NCBI GenBank assembly: GCA_046330055.1
Contig: JAXLTM010000004.1
Span: forward strand, 2,547-66,546
DNA: 64,000 nt
Reading direction: 5' to 3'
From: Bacteroidia bacterium
GTDB lineage: Bacteria; Bacteroidota; Bacteroidia; AKYH767-A; 2013-40CM-41-45
Positions 1-9,058 of this stretch are shown here, piece by piece; position 1 is the first letter of the stretch; each line of letters starts with the position of its first letter. The position numbers and the translations under genes were made by a program. Under the pieces are notes generated by a model. It was not told the origin of the DNA. It was given only the letters and a program-made list of their open reading frames with translations, and ran no database searches.

Positions 1-1665
1 TCGAAATAAAGCCTGCATAATTTCCGGCAGAGGTCACCGGGAGATTCCAAACATTCAGCGTTTCAAATTTTTTCAGAACAGACTCCATGCTTTCATGAAC
101 ATCAATTGGATTTGAAGCAGGCTTCATCGTCAATTCATTTACATACTAACTTTCTCATACAAACTGAGAAAACATAACACTGCGAACATCATTATCCAGA
201 TAAATTACGCCGCTTTCTCCGGTTTCAACCACAGGGAATAAATTACGGTTGGGAATGCAGAGATGGCTTCAACAACGGCTCCCAGGTTATCATCAGGGCC
301 CAGCATTACAAAATCCGTTTCGATGTATGTTTTTAAATGCATTTTCGACAATATGGCTTTATCTACATTGGCTACAATGATATCTCCCTTCACTGCCAAT
401 TTTTTCGTATAAACTGAATAGGGCTCAAAATAACGGCTGATCATGTATGAAAGCGAAGACACAATCATCAACGGAACAAATAGTGCATAACCACCGGTGA
501 TTTCTCCCAGTAATGAGGAAAATCGCCGTCAGCGGCGCGTGGATAATTCCGCTCATCATTGCAGCCATTCCGATTACGGTAAAGGTCACTTCATTGAGGT
601 GCGCAATGCCTGCTATGTTTATTACTCTTGAAAAAGCAAATCCGGCCATTGCTCCTGTGAAAAGCGATGAACCAAACATACCTCCGTTTCCTCCTGCTCC
701 CACAGTAAGTGAAGTGGCAATTACTTTCAGCAACATGAGGGCAAGTGCAAGCAATGCAATGGTCCATATTCCTGCATCCGGCAGAAGAAGCTGATCGTTC
801 AGCATCGAATAAGGGTCACCATGAAGTAACAACTGAACGCTTTCATAACCCTCGCCATACAGCGGTGGAAAAATAAAGATCAATCCGCCAACGAGCAATC
901 CGCCCAGAATTGCCTTCAGATAAATCAATTTCTTTCCGGAAAACATTTCAACTCAATTCTGAAATAAACTCGATTGCATAAACAGAAATTAGTGCGCACA
1001 GAATTCCGAATGCGAGATAATACAATAAATGTCCACCGTGTCACGAATCAACTATGAGAACGAATGGTTGTCCCGAAAAAATCAGATGTGATAAAAAGCG
1101 ACGATGCAGCTGAAGCAATCAGCAATGGAATAATGACCGGGAATCGGCATATCGGCGAGTAGAATTTCAAAGGCGAAAATTACTCCTGCGATCGGCGCAT
1201 TGAAAATGGCTGAGATACCGGCAGCTGCGCCACAGCAAGCAGTAAGGTTCGTCTTTATCACGGAATCTTAGCCAGCGGGCAGTATGACTACCGATTGCCG
1301 AACTCGTTGAAGCAATCGGCGCTTCAAGTCCGGCAGAACCTCCGAAGCCTACCGTAAGAATGCTGGAAACAAGTTGTGAGTAAAGTTTATCCCGCTCTAC
1401 CTCAGCTGTTTTTTCTTGTAATCGTGTAGATGATATTCGCCACACCACGCCCCATTTTGCCGCCAAGAAAAACTTCCGAAAAATTACTGTGAGCAGAATT
1501 CCGAATGCAGGAAAGAGAAAGAGCATAGTGCAACCGTTGATTGACTGCCACTTCATGCACAATGTTCCTGATAAAGGAAACACCATTCTTCAACAAAACA
1601 GCGCTCAGAGCAGTTACCAATCCAATCACCACTGCCGCAATCATCAACGATGATCCCCGGACCAA
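1..1665 (-). pseudogene. ClC-family chloride channel with C-terminal CBS pair; split over at least 5 frames as sequenced; 3' end runs off the window
   Basis: ORFs 1402-1665, 1167-1586, 425-946 and 205-471, plus an unlisted frame in 1-150, read consecutively as a ClC TM core (GSAGLEAPI, GGNGGMFGSSLF) followed by CBS-like sequence (VHESMESVLKKFETLNVWNLPV). One break resolves at the homopolymer CCC 506-508, giving ITGEITGGYALFVPLMIVSS. Confidence 0.65.
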
Positions 1666-1743
1666 TGTACTTTACGCAATTCGCTACTAAATATCGCCTG
1701 TTCAAAGTGAGAGATTTGGGTAGAACGAAGGTAGTGAAAAAGT

Positions 1744-1778
1744 ATTAGCTAATTAGCTAATTAGCTAATTAGCTAATT
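1744..1778. repeat. (AATTAGCT)n self-complementary 8-mer array, about 4.5 units
   Basis: Direct reading: attagctaattagctaattagctaattagctaatt. Lies between the ClC start and the lepA end. Confidence 0.9.
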
Positions 1779-3567
1779 TATCAGAACTAACTTCAACATC
1801 GCTAAAAAAGGCCTGTTGCGGAATTTCTACGTTACGTATCTGACGCATACGCTTTTTACCTTCCTTCTGTTTCTCGAGGAGTTTACGCTGGAGATATCAC
1901 CTCCGTAACATTTTGCTGTTACGTCTTTACGCAAGGCTTTCACCGTTTCGCGGGCAATGATCTTTGTGCCAATGTTGGCCTGGATAATAATTTCAAACTG
2001 CTGACGCGTGATGAGCTCTTTCAGCTTTTCACACATCTTCTTTCCGAAATCATATAAGAATGCGAACGGTGAACGAGTGCCACAATGCATCCACCGGATC
2101 ACCACGAATGAATGTCGAGCTTCACCAGATCACTTCATGTAACTGATCGGATGATAGTCGAAAGAAGCATATCCTTTTGAAATAGATTTCAGTTTATCAT
2201 AAAAATCAAAAACGATTTCAGCAAGCGGCATGTTAAAAGCGTTCAACGCGATCTGTAGTGAGATAATGCTGACCCATGATGATACCGCGCTTTCCGATAC
2301 ACAAAGTCATGATAGCACCAATGAATTCTGCCTTGGTGATGATCTGTGCTTTGATGTATGGCTCTTCGATTTTCGAGGTGACCCGGATCCGGCATTTCAC
2401 TCTCGGATTGTGAATGTCGTTGACCTCGCCATTGGTCATATAGGCCTTATAAGAAACGTTGTGCACAGTGGTAATCACTGTCATGTTGAACTCGCGCTCA
2501 AGACGCTCCTGAATAATTTCCATGTGGAGCATTCCAAGGAAGCCGCAACGGAAACCAAAACCAAGAGCTGCTGATGATTCAGGCTGGAAAACTAACGAGG
2601 CATCATTCAGCTGAAGTTTCTCCATTGACTTGCGGAGCTCTTCGTACTCATCCGTATCAACCGGATAAATTCCGGCGAAGACCATCGGCTTCACATCTTC
2701 AAAACCTTTAACGGCCTCGGCACATGGTCTTTCAATCGAAGTAATCGTATCACCTACTTTTACTTCCGACGCTTCTTTGATACCGCTGATGATGTAACCA
2801 ACATCACCGGTTTTCACTACATCACGTTTTTCTTTATCGAGTTTTAAAATTCCGATTTCATCGGCGAGATATTCTTTTCCTGTCGCAACGAATTTTACTT
2901 TTTCGTTTGTGCGAATTTCACCATCCATTACGCGGAAGTAGGCAATGATTCCACGGAATGAATTGAAGACTGAATCGAAAATCAATGCCTTCAATGGTGC
3001 TGAAGGATCTCCTTTCGGAGACGGAATACGATTCACAATGGCTTCAAGAATTTCGTTGATGCCAAGACCGGTTTTGGCTGAGGCAGGAATAATCTCCTCA
3101 CGCTTACAACCAACCAGATCCACAATCTGATCTTTTACTACTTCCGGGTCGGCACTCGGTAAATCAATTTTGTTGAGGACAGGAATGATCTCCAATCCAT
3201 GCTCCAGCGCCAGATAAAGATTGGAGATAGTTTGCGCCTGAATACCCTGCGCTGCATCTACAATCAACAATGCACCTTCACAAGCTGCTATGGAACGGGA
3301 TACTTCGTAAGAAAAGTCTACGTGGCCCGGTGTGTCAATAAGATTCAGTGTATACTGTCCGCTTGCATTCTTATACTGCATCTGGATCGCATGGCTCTTA
3401 ATCGTGATACCACGCTCTCTTTCGAGGTCCATATCATCCAGTACCTGAGCCTGTAAATCTTTGGAACTGACCGTTTTAGTATACTCCAACAGTCGATCAG
3501 CCAGTGTGCTCTTACCGTGATCAATATGGGCAATAATGCAGAAATTGCGGATGTTTTTCATTTTCAA
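1773..3567 (-). pseudogene. lepA: Elongation factor 4 (LepA). The N-terminal 444 aa are intact; the C-terminal third is broken by several frameshifts as sequenced
   Basis: N-terminus [25 protein letters not shown] (GTPase G1). C-terminal pieces in other frames read [57 protein letters not shown] and QQAFLAMLK. Breaks at A4 2235-2238 and A6 1804-1809 are resolved by removing 1 nt. Confidence 0.8.
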
Positions 3568-3655
3568 CTCCTTGAACCTCTCCGTTCAGGGGCTGCGAAG
3601 GTAGGAAATTTGCGGGGAGGTGGCAAATGGTTGGCTGGTTGCCTGGTTGCACACA

Positions 3656-3691
3656 ATAATTCAGAATTCTGAATTCAGAATTCTGAATTAT
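3656..3691. repeat. Perfect 36-nt palindrome built from GAATTC words
   Basis: ataattcagaattctgaattcagaattctgaattat equals its own reverse complement. It lies 20 nt downstream of the histidine kinase stop. Confidence 0.9.
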
Positions 3692-3710
3692 CATCGAAAA
3701 CAACGGTTTC

Positions 3711-5069
3711 TTACCTTTCAAAAATCCACGTAAACACCGTCCCTTTGCCGGGAGTGGATTCGACGTGAATGAAGGCATGGTGGATGGCGCGGATTTTATC
3801 GACCAGTGCGAGGCCAATACCCTGACCTTTATACTCCCGTGCTTTGCTGGTACGGTAGAATGGCTGAAAAATGTTTGTGATGTTTTCCCTTTCGATACCG
3901 ATTCCGAGATCGGTAAAGGTAACGACAAGATTTTCATCTATGCAATACAGTCGAATGGTGACCGGTTTGTTGTCGGAAAATTTCAAACCGTTTCTGATCA
4001 GGTTTTGAAAAGCGATCGTTAGCAGTGCTCTATTTCCCTTGACGATGAGCATTGCAGGATCTTCAGGCAAACTATCCAGCGCAAGTAGCACAGGTAGTCC
4101 GCCGTCTTCGCGGTGCAAATCTTCAACGATATCAATCAGCAATTCATCGATGCGCAGTTCCTCCTTCTCTATTGCATTTCCGGAGTTGATGTATGCAAGA
4201 TTCAAAAGACCGCTGATAAGTTCATTCATCTGCTGCGCGTCATTTAAAACAGATTGCAATGCTTCTTTATACTCATCTGATGTACGGTTTCTGGAAAGAA
4301 ATACCTGCAACTCCCCAATAATTGAAGTCAACGGAGTCTTCAATTCATGTGATGCATTACTGACGAAATTTCGCTGTGAAATAAAAGCGTTCTCGATCCG
4401 GTCAAGCATACCGTTGAAGGTTTCTGCCATCTCATTGATTTCATCCTTATTCTTTCCTGCTTCTACTCTAAGATGCAAATTTGAAGCACTGATTTGCTGA
4501 ACACGATGAACCATGGTTGAAATCGGAAGCAATGCATTCTTTGAAAAATATCTGCCGGCAAAAAAGAGAACAATCAGACTTATGACAGAGGTAACAACCA
4601 ATAACATTCTCAGGTCATACAAATGCGCACGCCCGTAAACGTCGACAGCAGAAACGAAGATTACGAAATCACCTTCGTTATCGTGATGATATGAACCAAC
4701 GACCTGCGCGTCACCATCCATGTACGTAATATTCTTGCTTTTGCGAACCTGCTCAATTCGTTCAATCGGGAAATAGGAGTCAGGATTGTTTTCAATGAAT
4801 TTCTTTTCATTGGATTCATCAAAAATCTGAATGACTTCATGAGGAAGTGAGCGAAGATATTTTTTTTCGAAAGCTTCATACAAGGATTTATTCAGCTCAT
4901 CACGCTCGAGAAAGATATTAGCCGCAACTTCGTCACGCTCTTTCAATCGGTCATAGAATTCATTTTGCGTAATGATCACCGTAATGGCATACAATGAAAA
5001 AAGAAGGCCGATGATAATGAGTCCGGCCAGCAAAGTAAACTGGAGTGTAAGCCTGTTACGGATTTGCAT
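3711..5069 (-). CDS. Sensor histidine kinase (two TM segments, HAMP, HisKA, HATPase)
   Basis: 452-aa ORF with H-box SHELKTPLT and C-terminal ATPase motifs (DLGIGI, GQGIGLALV). Sits 3 nt downstream of the response regulator gene. Confidence 0.9.
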   Translation of the reverse strand: MQIRNRLTLQFTLLAGLIIIGLLFSLYAITVIITQNEFYDRLKERDEVAANIFLERDELNKSLYEAFEKKYLRSLPHEVIQIFDESNEKKFIENNPDSYFPIERIEQVRKSKNITYMDGDAQVVGSYHHDNEGDFVIFVSAVDVYGRAHLYDLRMLLVVTSVISLIVLFFAGRYFSKNALLPISTMVHRVQQISASNLHLRVEAGKNKDEINEMAETFNGMLDRIENAFISQRNFVSNASHELKTPLTSIIGELQVFLSRNRTSDEYKEALQSVLNDAQQMNELISGLLNLAYINSGNAIEKEELRIDELLIDIVEDLHREDGGLPVLLALDSLPEDPAMLIVKGNRALLTIAFQNLIRNGLKFSDNKPVTIRLYCIDENLVVTFTDLGIGIERENITNIFQPFYRTSKAREYKGQGIGLALVDKIRAIHHAFIHVESTPGKGTVFTWIFER

Positions 5070-5072
5070 TGA

Positions 5073-5747
5073 CTATTCGGATTTCAGAACGTATCCCGCC
5101 CCTACGATGGTATGAATCAATTTTTTCTCGAATGGTTTATCGATCTTATTTCGCAGATAGTTAACATACACATCAATCACATTACTTCCTGTGTCAAAAG
5201 TATAATCCCAGAGCGACTCAGCAATCTGCACGCGGCTTAACACACGATTTTTATTCTTGATAAACAATTCGAGCAAATTGAATTCCTTCGTCGTTAAGCG
5301 AATTGGCGTTCCGTTACGAACTACCTGATGTGTGCTTGAATTTAATTCCAGATCTGCAACGCGATGAATTACTTCTTCCTGAATTCTTTCTTTTCTACGT
5401 GCAAGTGCATTTATTCTGGCGAGTAACTCAGCGAACTGAAATGGCTTTACCAGATAATCGTCGGCGCCGCTTTCCAAACCGATGACTTTATCATCCGTTG
5501 TGCCGAGCGCCGTTAACATCAACACAGGGACGTTCTTTTTCTGATCGCGAATGTATTTGCATACTTCCAGCCCGTTTGATTTTGGGATGATCAGATCAAG
5601 AATGACCATATCAAAGTCAGTCGACATAATCATTCTTTTTGCCATGTCACCATCGAAAGCCTGATCAATTTCATGATGTTGCTCTTCGAGGCCTTTGCGG
5701 ATGAAGGCGGCGACCTTTACTTCATCCTCTACCAGTAGTATTTTCAT
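5073..5747 (-). CDS. OmpR/PhoB-family response regulator (start taken at MKILLVEDE)
   Basis: Receiver motifs LVEDE, DLIIP and KP, plus a C-terminal winged-helix (LTTKEFNLLELF...TIVGAGYVL). The longer ORF start at 5783 would overlap the upstream gene. Confidence 0.9.
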   Translation of the reverse strand: MKILLVEDEVKVAAFIRKGLEEQHHEIDQAFDGDMAKRMIMSTDFDMVILDLIIPKSNGLEVCKYIRDQKKNVPVLMLTALGTTDDKVIGLESGADDYLVKPFQFAELLARINALARRKERIQEEVIHRVADLELNSSTHQVVRNGTPIRLTTKEFNLLELFIKNKNRVLSRVQIAESLWDYTFDTGSNVIDVYVNYLRNKIDKPFEKKLIHTIVGAGYVLKSE

Positions 5748-5748
5748 T

Positions 5749-6435
5749 TCAGAAGGTTTTTGCGTAACCAAGACCGGTAACATAATTTACCGGCGGATTA
5801 TTGACGTTGAAATTATTTTCTATGAGATAATATACTTCGATTTCATTTTTCTTATTGATGGAATAAAATATTCCGGCGAAATATCTAATCCTGTTCAACC
5901 CGGGCTGATACTTCGTATTACGATCAAGAAAATCGTAAAACTCTGCTGCTGCATATGGCTTTATTTTGTACCAGGGATATTTCTCAAATGAATATTTTAC
6001 AGTTATCTTATTTCTCCAGTAATCTTCAGGAATCGCTCCGGCATCACTTGAATACACATCCTGAACCTGCTGCTGAAACATGGATCGAAAACTGATTGAC
6101 AACGGATCCATTTTTATTTTGTAACTCAAATCCACATACCATTGATGCCGTGTTGAAGGTGTATCTCTGATCTTCTTCAGCACTAAAACATAATCGACGG
6201 AGTAAGAAAGATTCTTTATGATTTCTCCCGTATAACCGAAATCACCGTATGCATAACTGAATTGTGAGATATTATTTGAAATCCGGCCTTCATGATTGAA
6301 GTGAATTGAGCTTTTCTTTGACAGCATTTTTTCCAGATAAATATTCTCCCAGAGTTGCGCATCCTGTGTTTGCGCCTTGACAAGTCCCGCAAAACCGCAC
6401 AGAATCAAAGTAAGCAGGGCCGCACTTTTTTTCAT
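5749..6435 (-). CDS. Signal-peptide protein, DUF2490-like putative outer-membrane beta-barrel
   Basis: MKKSAALLTLILCGFAGLVKAQ signal, an aromatic-rich alternating pattern and a terminal F. The family call is from memory of sequence style only. Confidence 0.45.
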   Translation of the reverse strand: MKKSAALLTLILCGFAGLVKAQTQDAQLWENIYLEKMLSKKSSIHFNHEGRISNNISQFSYAYGDFGYTGEIIKNLSYSVDYVLVLKKIRDTPSTRHQWYVDLSYKIKMDPLSISFRSMFQQQVQDVYSSDAGAIPEDYWRNKITVKYSFEKYPWYKIKPYAAAEFYDFLDRNTKYQPGLNRIRYFAGIFYSINKKNEIEVYYLIENNFNVNNPPVNYVTGLGYAKTF

Positions 6436-6608
6436 ACCAACATTAAAATGCAAGTTAACGAGGGATTTCATGAGCATGAAATGAAGACAGGGTGAATGGA
6501 AAATGTGTTTTTCCTCCGGGCGAAGAAAAGCAAGAATTCATTAACAAAAATTAATGGTTTTTAATGTGGCTCTAACCATCATCTAATTTTCTTCTAATAA
6601 GACCCGCG

Positions 6609-6616
6609 TACGTTTG
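6609..6616 (+). promoter_or_regulatory. Candidate Bacteroidota -7 box TACGTTTG for the czc operon
   Basis: Perfect match to TAnnTTTG, 12 nt upstream of the ATG at 6628. Confidence 0.45.
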
Positions 6617-6627
6617 TCCGAGTTATT

Positions 6628-7902
6628 TTGATTATGAAAAGTCGGACATTCCCTGCAATCCTGATCCTGCTTCACCTGTTTGCTTTTAAAGCCGGAGCTG
6701 AAAACAGCGATTCTCTTTCTCTCTCCCGTGATGAAGTTCACGATCTGTTTATCAAAAACAGCCTTGTACTGATTGCTGCACATTATGATATTGATGCTGC
6801 CAAGGCTGCAGTCTTGGATGCGCGTCTGTTGAACAATCCCTACCTCCAATATGCACAGCACTTATATGACCCGCATTCGAAGAAATTCTTCGATGTAAAT
6901 TCTGCTACCGGCGAGTGGAATGTACAAATGAGTCAGTTGTTCAGTATTGCCGGTCGTCACCGTAACTCTGTTCGACTTGCCGGAATCCGCGAAAAGATGT
7001 CGGAACTGGAATATGAAGATCTGGTGCGTTCTCTTATGTATGAACTGAATGACGCCTATTCGAAATCTGCCGTTGCCGGTCAACAGGTGAAATTGCTGGA
7101 CAATGAAAGTGCGAAATTGCAAGTACTGGTCAATGCAGTTGAACAGGAAATTCACCTCGGCCAGATAGCAGGAAATGAACTCATAAGAATCACTGCTGAA
7201 CTACAGGAGATTCAAAGCCGAAGAGCCGAAGCCTATTCTGATCTCAATGAAGCAGAAAACACTCTTCGAATTCTCCTGAATATAAATCAACCTACTTATA
7301 TCAATTGTACAATTGAAGAACCGAAAGCAGAATTGCCTTTGCCATCGATTGACAGTTTAGAATCCCTGGCTATGAATCGGCCCGACCTGCTTCTTTCTCA
7401 TGCAGAGCGAGATGCTTCGCAGCAGAATCTCCGGCTTCAAAAATCACTTGCCTGGCCTGATCTCACACTGATGGCCGAACACGACTTGAATTCTTCATCG
7501 GTTAATAATTACAATGGTATTGGTATCGGTTTACCATTACCGTTGTTTAGCAGAAATCAAGGTATGATTTCACAAGCAAATGCTTTTCTACAGCAAAGCG
7601 AAATCAACGACAGCATTGCGTCCGGAAAAGTTCGCAATGAAGTCGCAACGGCATACGCCGGTTATGCAGCAATACGAAAAACCATTTCAGGAAACTTTCC
7701 GAACCTTAGTCAGAAACTTGAAGAGATGAATAAAAATGCATTCAGCAATTATTCATCTCACTACATCAATCTGCTCGACTTTCTTGATCAGATCCGGACT
7801 TATACTGATGCTTACAACAGCTTGCTCAGCATACGTTACCAATATGTTGATGCAATAAACAAGTTGAATTACTCAACAGGAACAATTATTCTAAATCCAT
7901 AA
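6628..7902 (+). CDS. TolC/CzcC-family outer-membrane efflux protein
   Basis: 424-aa ORF with signal peptide and coiled-coil-rich OEP-type sequence. First gene of a three-gene RND operon. Confidence 0.85.
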   Translation: MIMKSRTFPAILILLHLFAFKAGAENSDSLSLSRDEVHDLFIKNSLVLIAAHYDIDAAKAAVLDARLLNNPYLQYAQHLYDPHSKKFFDVNSATGEWNVQMSQLFSIAGRHRNSVRLAGIREKMSELEYEDLVRSLMYELNDAYSKSAVAGQQVKLLDNESAKLQVLVNAVEQEIHLGQIAGNELIRITAELQEIQSRRAEAYSDLNEAENTLRILLNINQPTYINCTIEEPKAELPLPSIDSLESLAMNRPDLLLSHAERDASQQNLRLQKSLAWPDLTLMAEHDLNSSSVNNYNGIGIGLPLPLFSRNQGMISQANAFLQQSEINDSIASGKVRNEVATAYAGYAAIRKTISGNFPNLSQKLEEMNKNAFSNYSSHYINLLDFLDQIRTYTDAYNSLLSIRYQYVDAINKLNYSTGTIILNP

Positions 7903-7906
7903 TAAA

Positions 7907-9019
7907 ATGTTTAAATCCATCATCCTTCTCGCCCCTGCATTGCTCCTGCTTCAAGCCTGCGATAAGGAGAATGTACCTCATGCAGAAAAAGTTTCTTCAA
8001 ACGGGCTCATTCGTCTGGCTGAAGACCAGCTCCGCTTTATCAAAACTGATTCAGTGAGAGAAATGGAAGACATCAATGAACTTACACTAAACGGGAAAAT
8101 CAGCTTTGATCAGAATCATGTTGCTCAAGTCTATCCGATAACAGGCGGACTGGTGTCACGGGTCTTTGTTTCTGTTGGCGATAAAGTTCAAAAAGGTCAG
8201 GCACTCGCTGAGATTACCGGGGGTGATGTAAGTGCCGTTTCAAATGAATATGAAATTGCAAAAGCAAATACTGCACTTGCAAAAAAATCGCTCGATGCGG
8301 CAAATGAATTGTTTAAAACAAATGTGTATTCAGAAAAAGATCTGCTGAATGCACAGAATGATTACAGAAAGGCTTTGGCAGATGAAGAAAAAGCCAAACG
8401 CAACTCTCAGTTAATGGGCATGTCGGAAAATCAGCACAACTACACACTTACAGCGCCGGTTGACGGATACATCGTGGAAAAAAATGTTGCAGAAAACATG
8501 ATGATTCGCCCCGACAACTCAGGTAGTCTTTTCACGGTTTCATCGCTTGATAAAGTTTGGGTCATTGCAGATTTGTACGAAACCGATCTTTCCAAAATAA
8601 AAGAAGGAGATCCTGTAAAGGTGAGTACAATTGCTTATCCCGACAGAATTTTCACCGGCAACATTGCACAGATTGGCAATGCACTTGACCCGCAGTCGAG
8701 GGTAGCTAAGGTGAAAATCATTCTCGACAATCACGAAGGGCTGCTGAAGCCTGAAATGTATGCAAATGTAAAGTGCATTAACATCAACGATAAAAGCAAA
8801 GTCTTAGCCATACCGACTAAGTCTTTGATTCTGGAAGGCGATCACTATGTAGTGATGGTTAAACGAAGTGCGAATGAATTCTCAAAAGAGAAAATTAACA
8901 TCAATCGCACGATGCAGAATATTACAATTATCAATGGCGGATTGAAATGCGGAGACACTATCGTCACCGAAGGTAGTTTGCTGGTGAGCAATAATAACGC
9001 TGCACTTGCCAATCAATAA
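7907..9019 (+). CDS. RND efflux periplasmic adaptor (CzcB/HlyD family), lipoprotein
   Basis: LLLLQAC lipobox, biotinyl-lipoyl-like hairpin (GGLVSRVFVSVGDKVQKGQALAEI), and 4-nt spacing to flanking genes. Confidence 0.85.
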   Translation: MFKSIILLAPALLLLQACDKENVPHAEKVSSNGLIRLAEDQLRFIKTDSVREMEDINELTLNGKISFDQNHVAQVYPITGGLVSRVFVSVGDKVQKGQALAEITGGDVSAVSNEYEIAKANTALAKKSLDAANELFKTNVYSEKDLLNAQNDYRKALADEEKAKRNSQLMGMSENQHNYTLTAPVDGYIVEKNVAENMMIRPDNSGSLFTVSSLDKVWVIADLYETDLSKIKEGDPVKVSTIAYPDRIFTGNIAQIGNALDPQSRVAKVKIILDNHEGLLKPEMYANVKCININDKSKVLAIPTKSLILEGDHYVVMVKRSANEFSKEKININRTMQNITIINGGLKCGDTIVTEGSLLVSNNNAALANQ

Positions 9020-9058
9020 TTTTATTCGAACAGAAACATCGCCTGATAAAGAATTCGT

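Noticed and set aside
1-3567. Genuine decay of ClC and lepA, as in a reductive or host-associated genome
   Set aside because: The breaks coincide with homopolymer runs and are sharply clustered, while the adjacent 1.3 kb of lepA is intact. A sequencing-quality explanation is preferred, though it remains unproven without reads.
3521-3937. 138-aa ORF spanning the lepA-kinase gap
   Set aside because: It overlaps the 3' end of the histidine kinase out of frame and reads through the 36-nt palindrome. No supporting features.
4039-4500. 153-aa Ser-rich ORF antisense to the histidine kinase
   Set aside because: It is an antisense shadow ORF inside a well-supported kinase gene.
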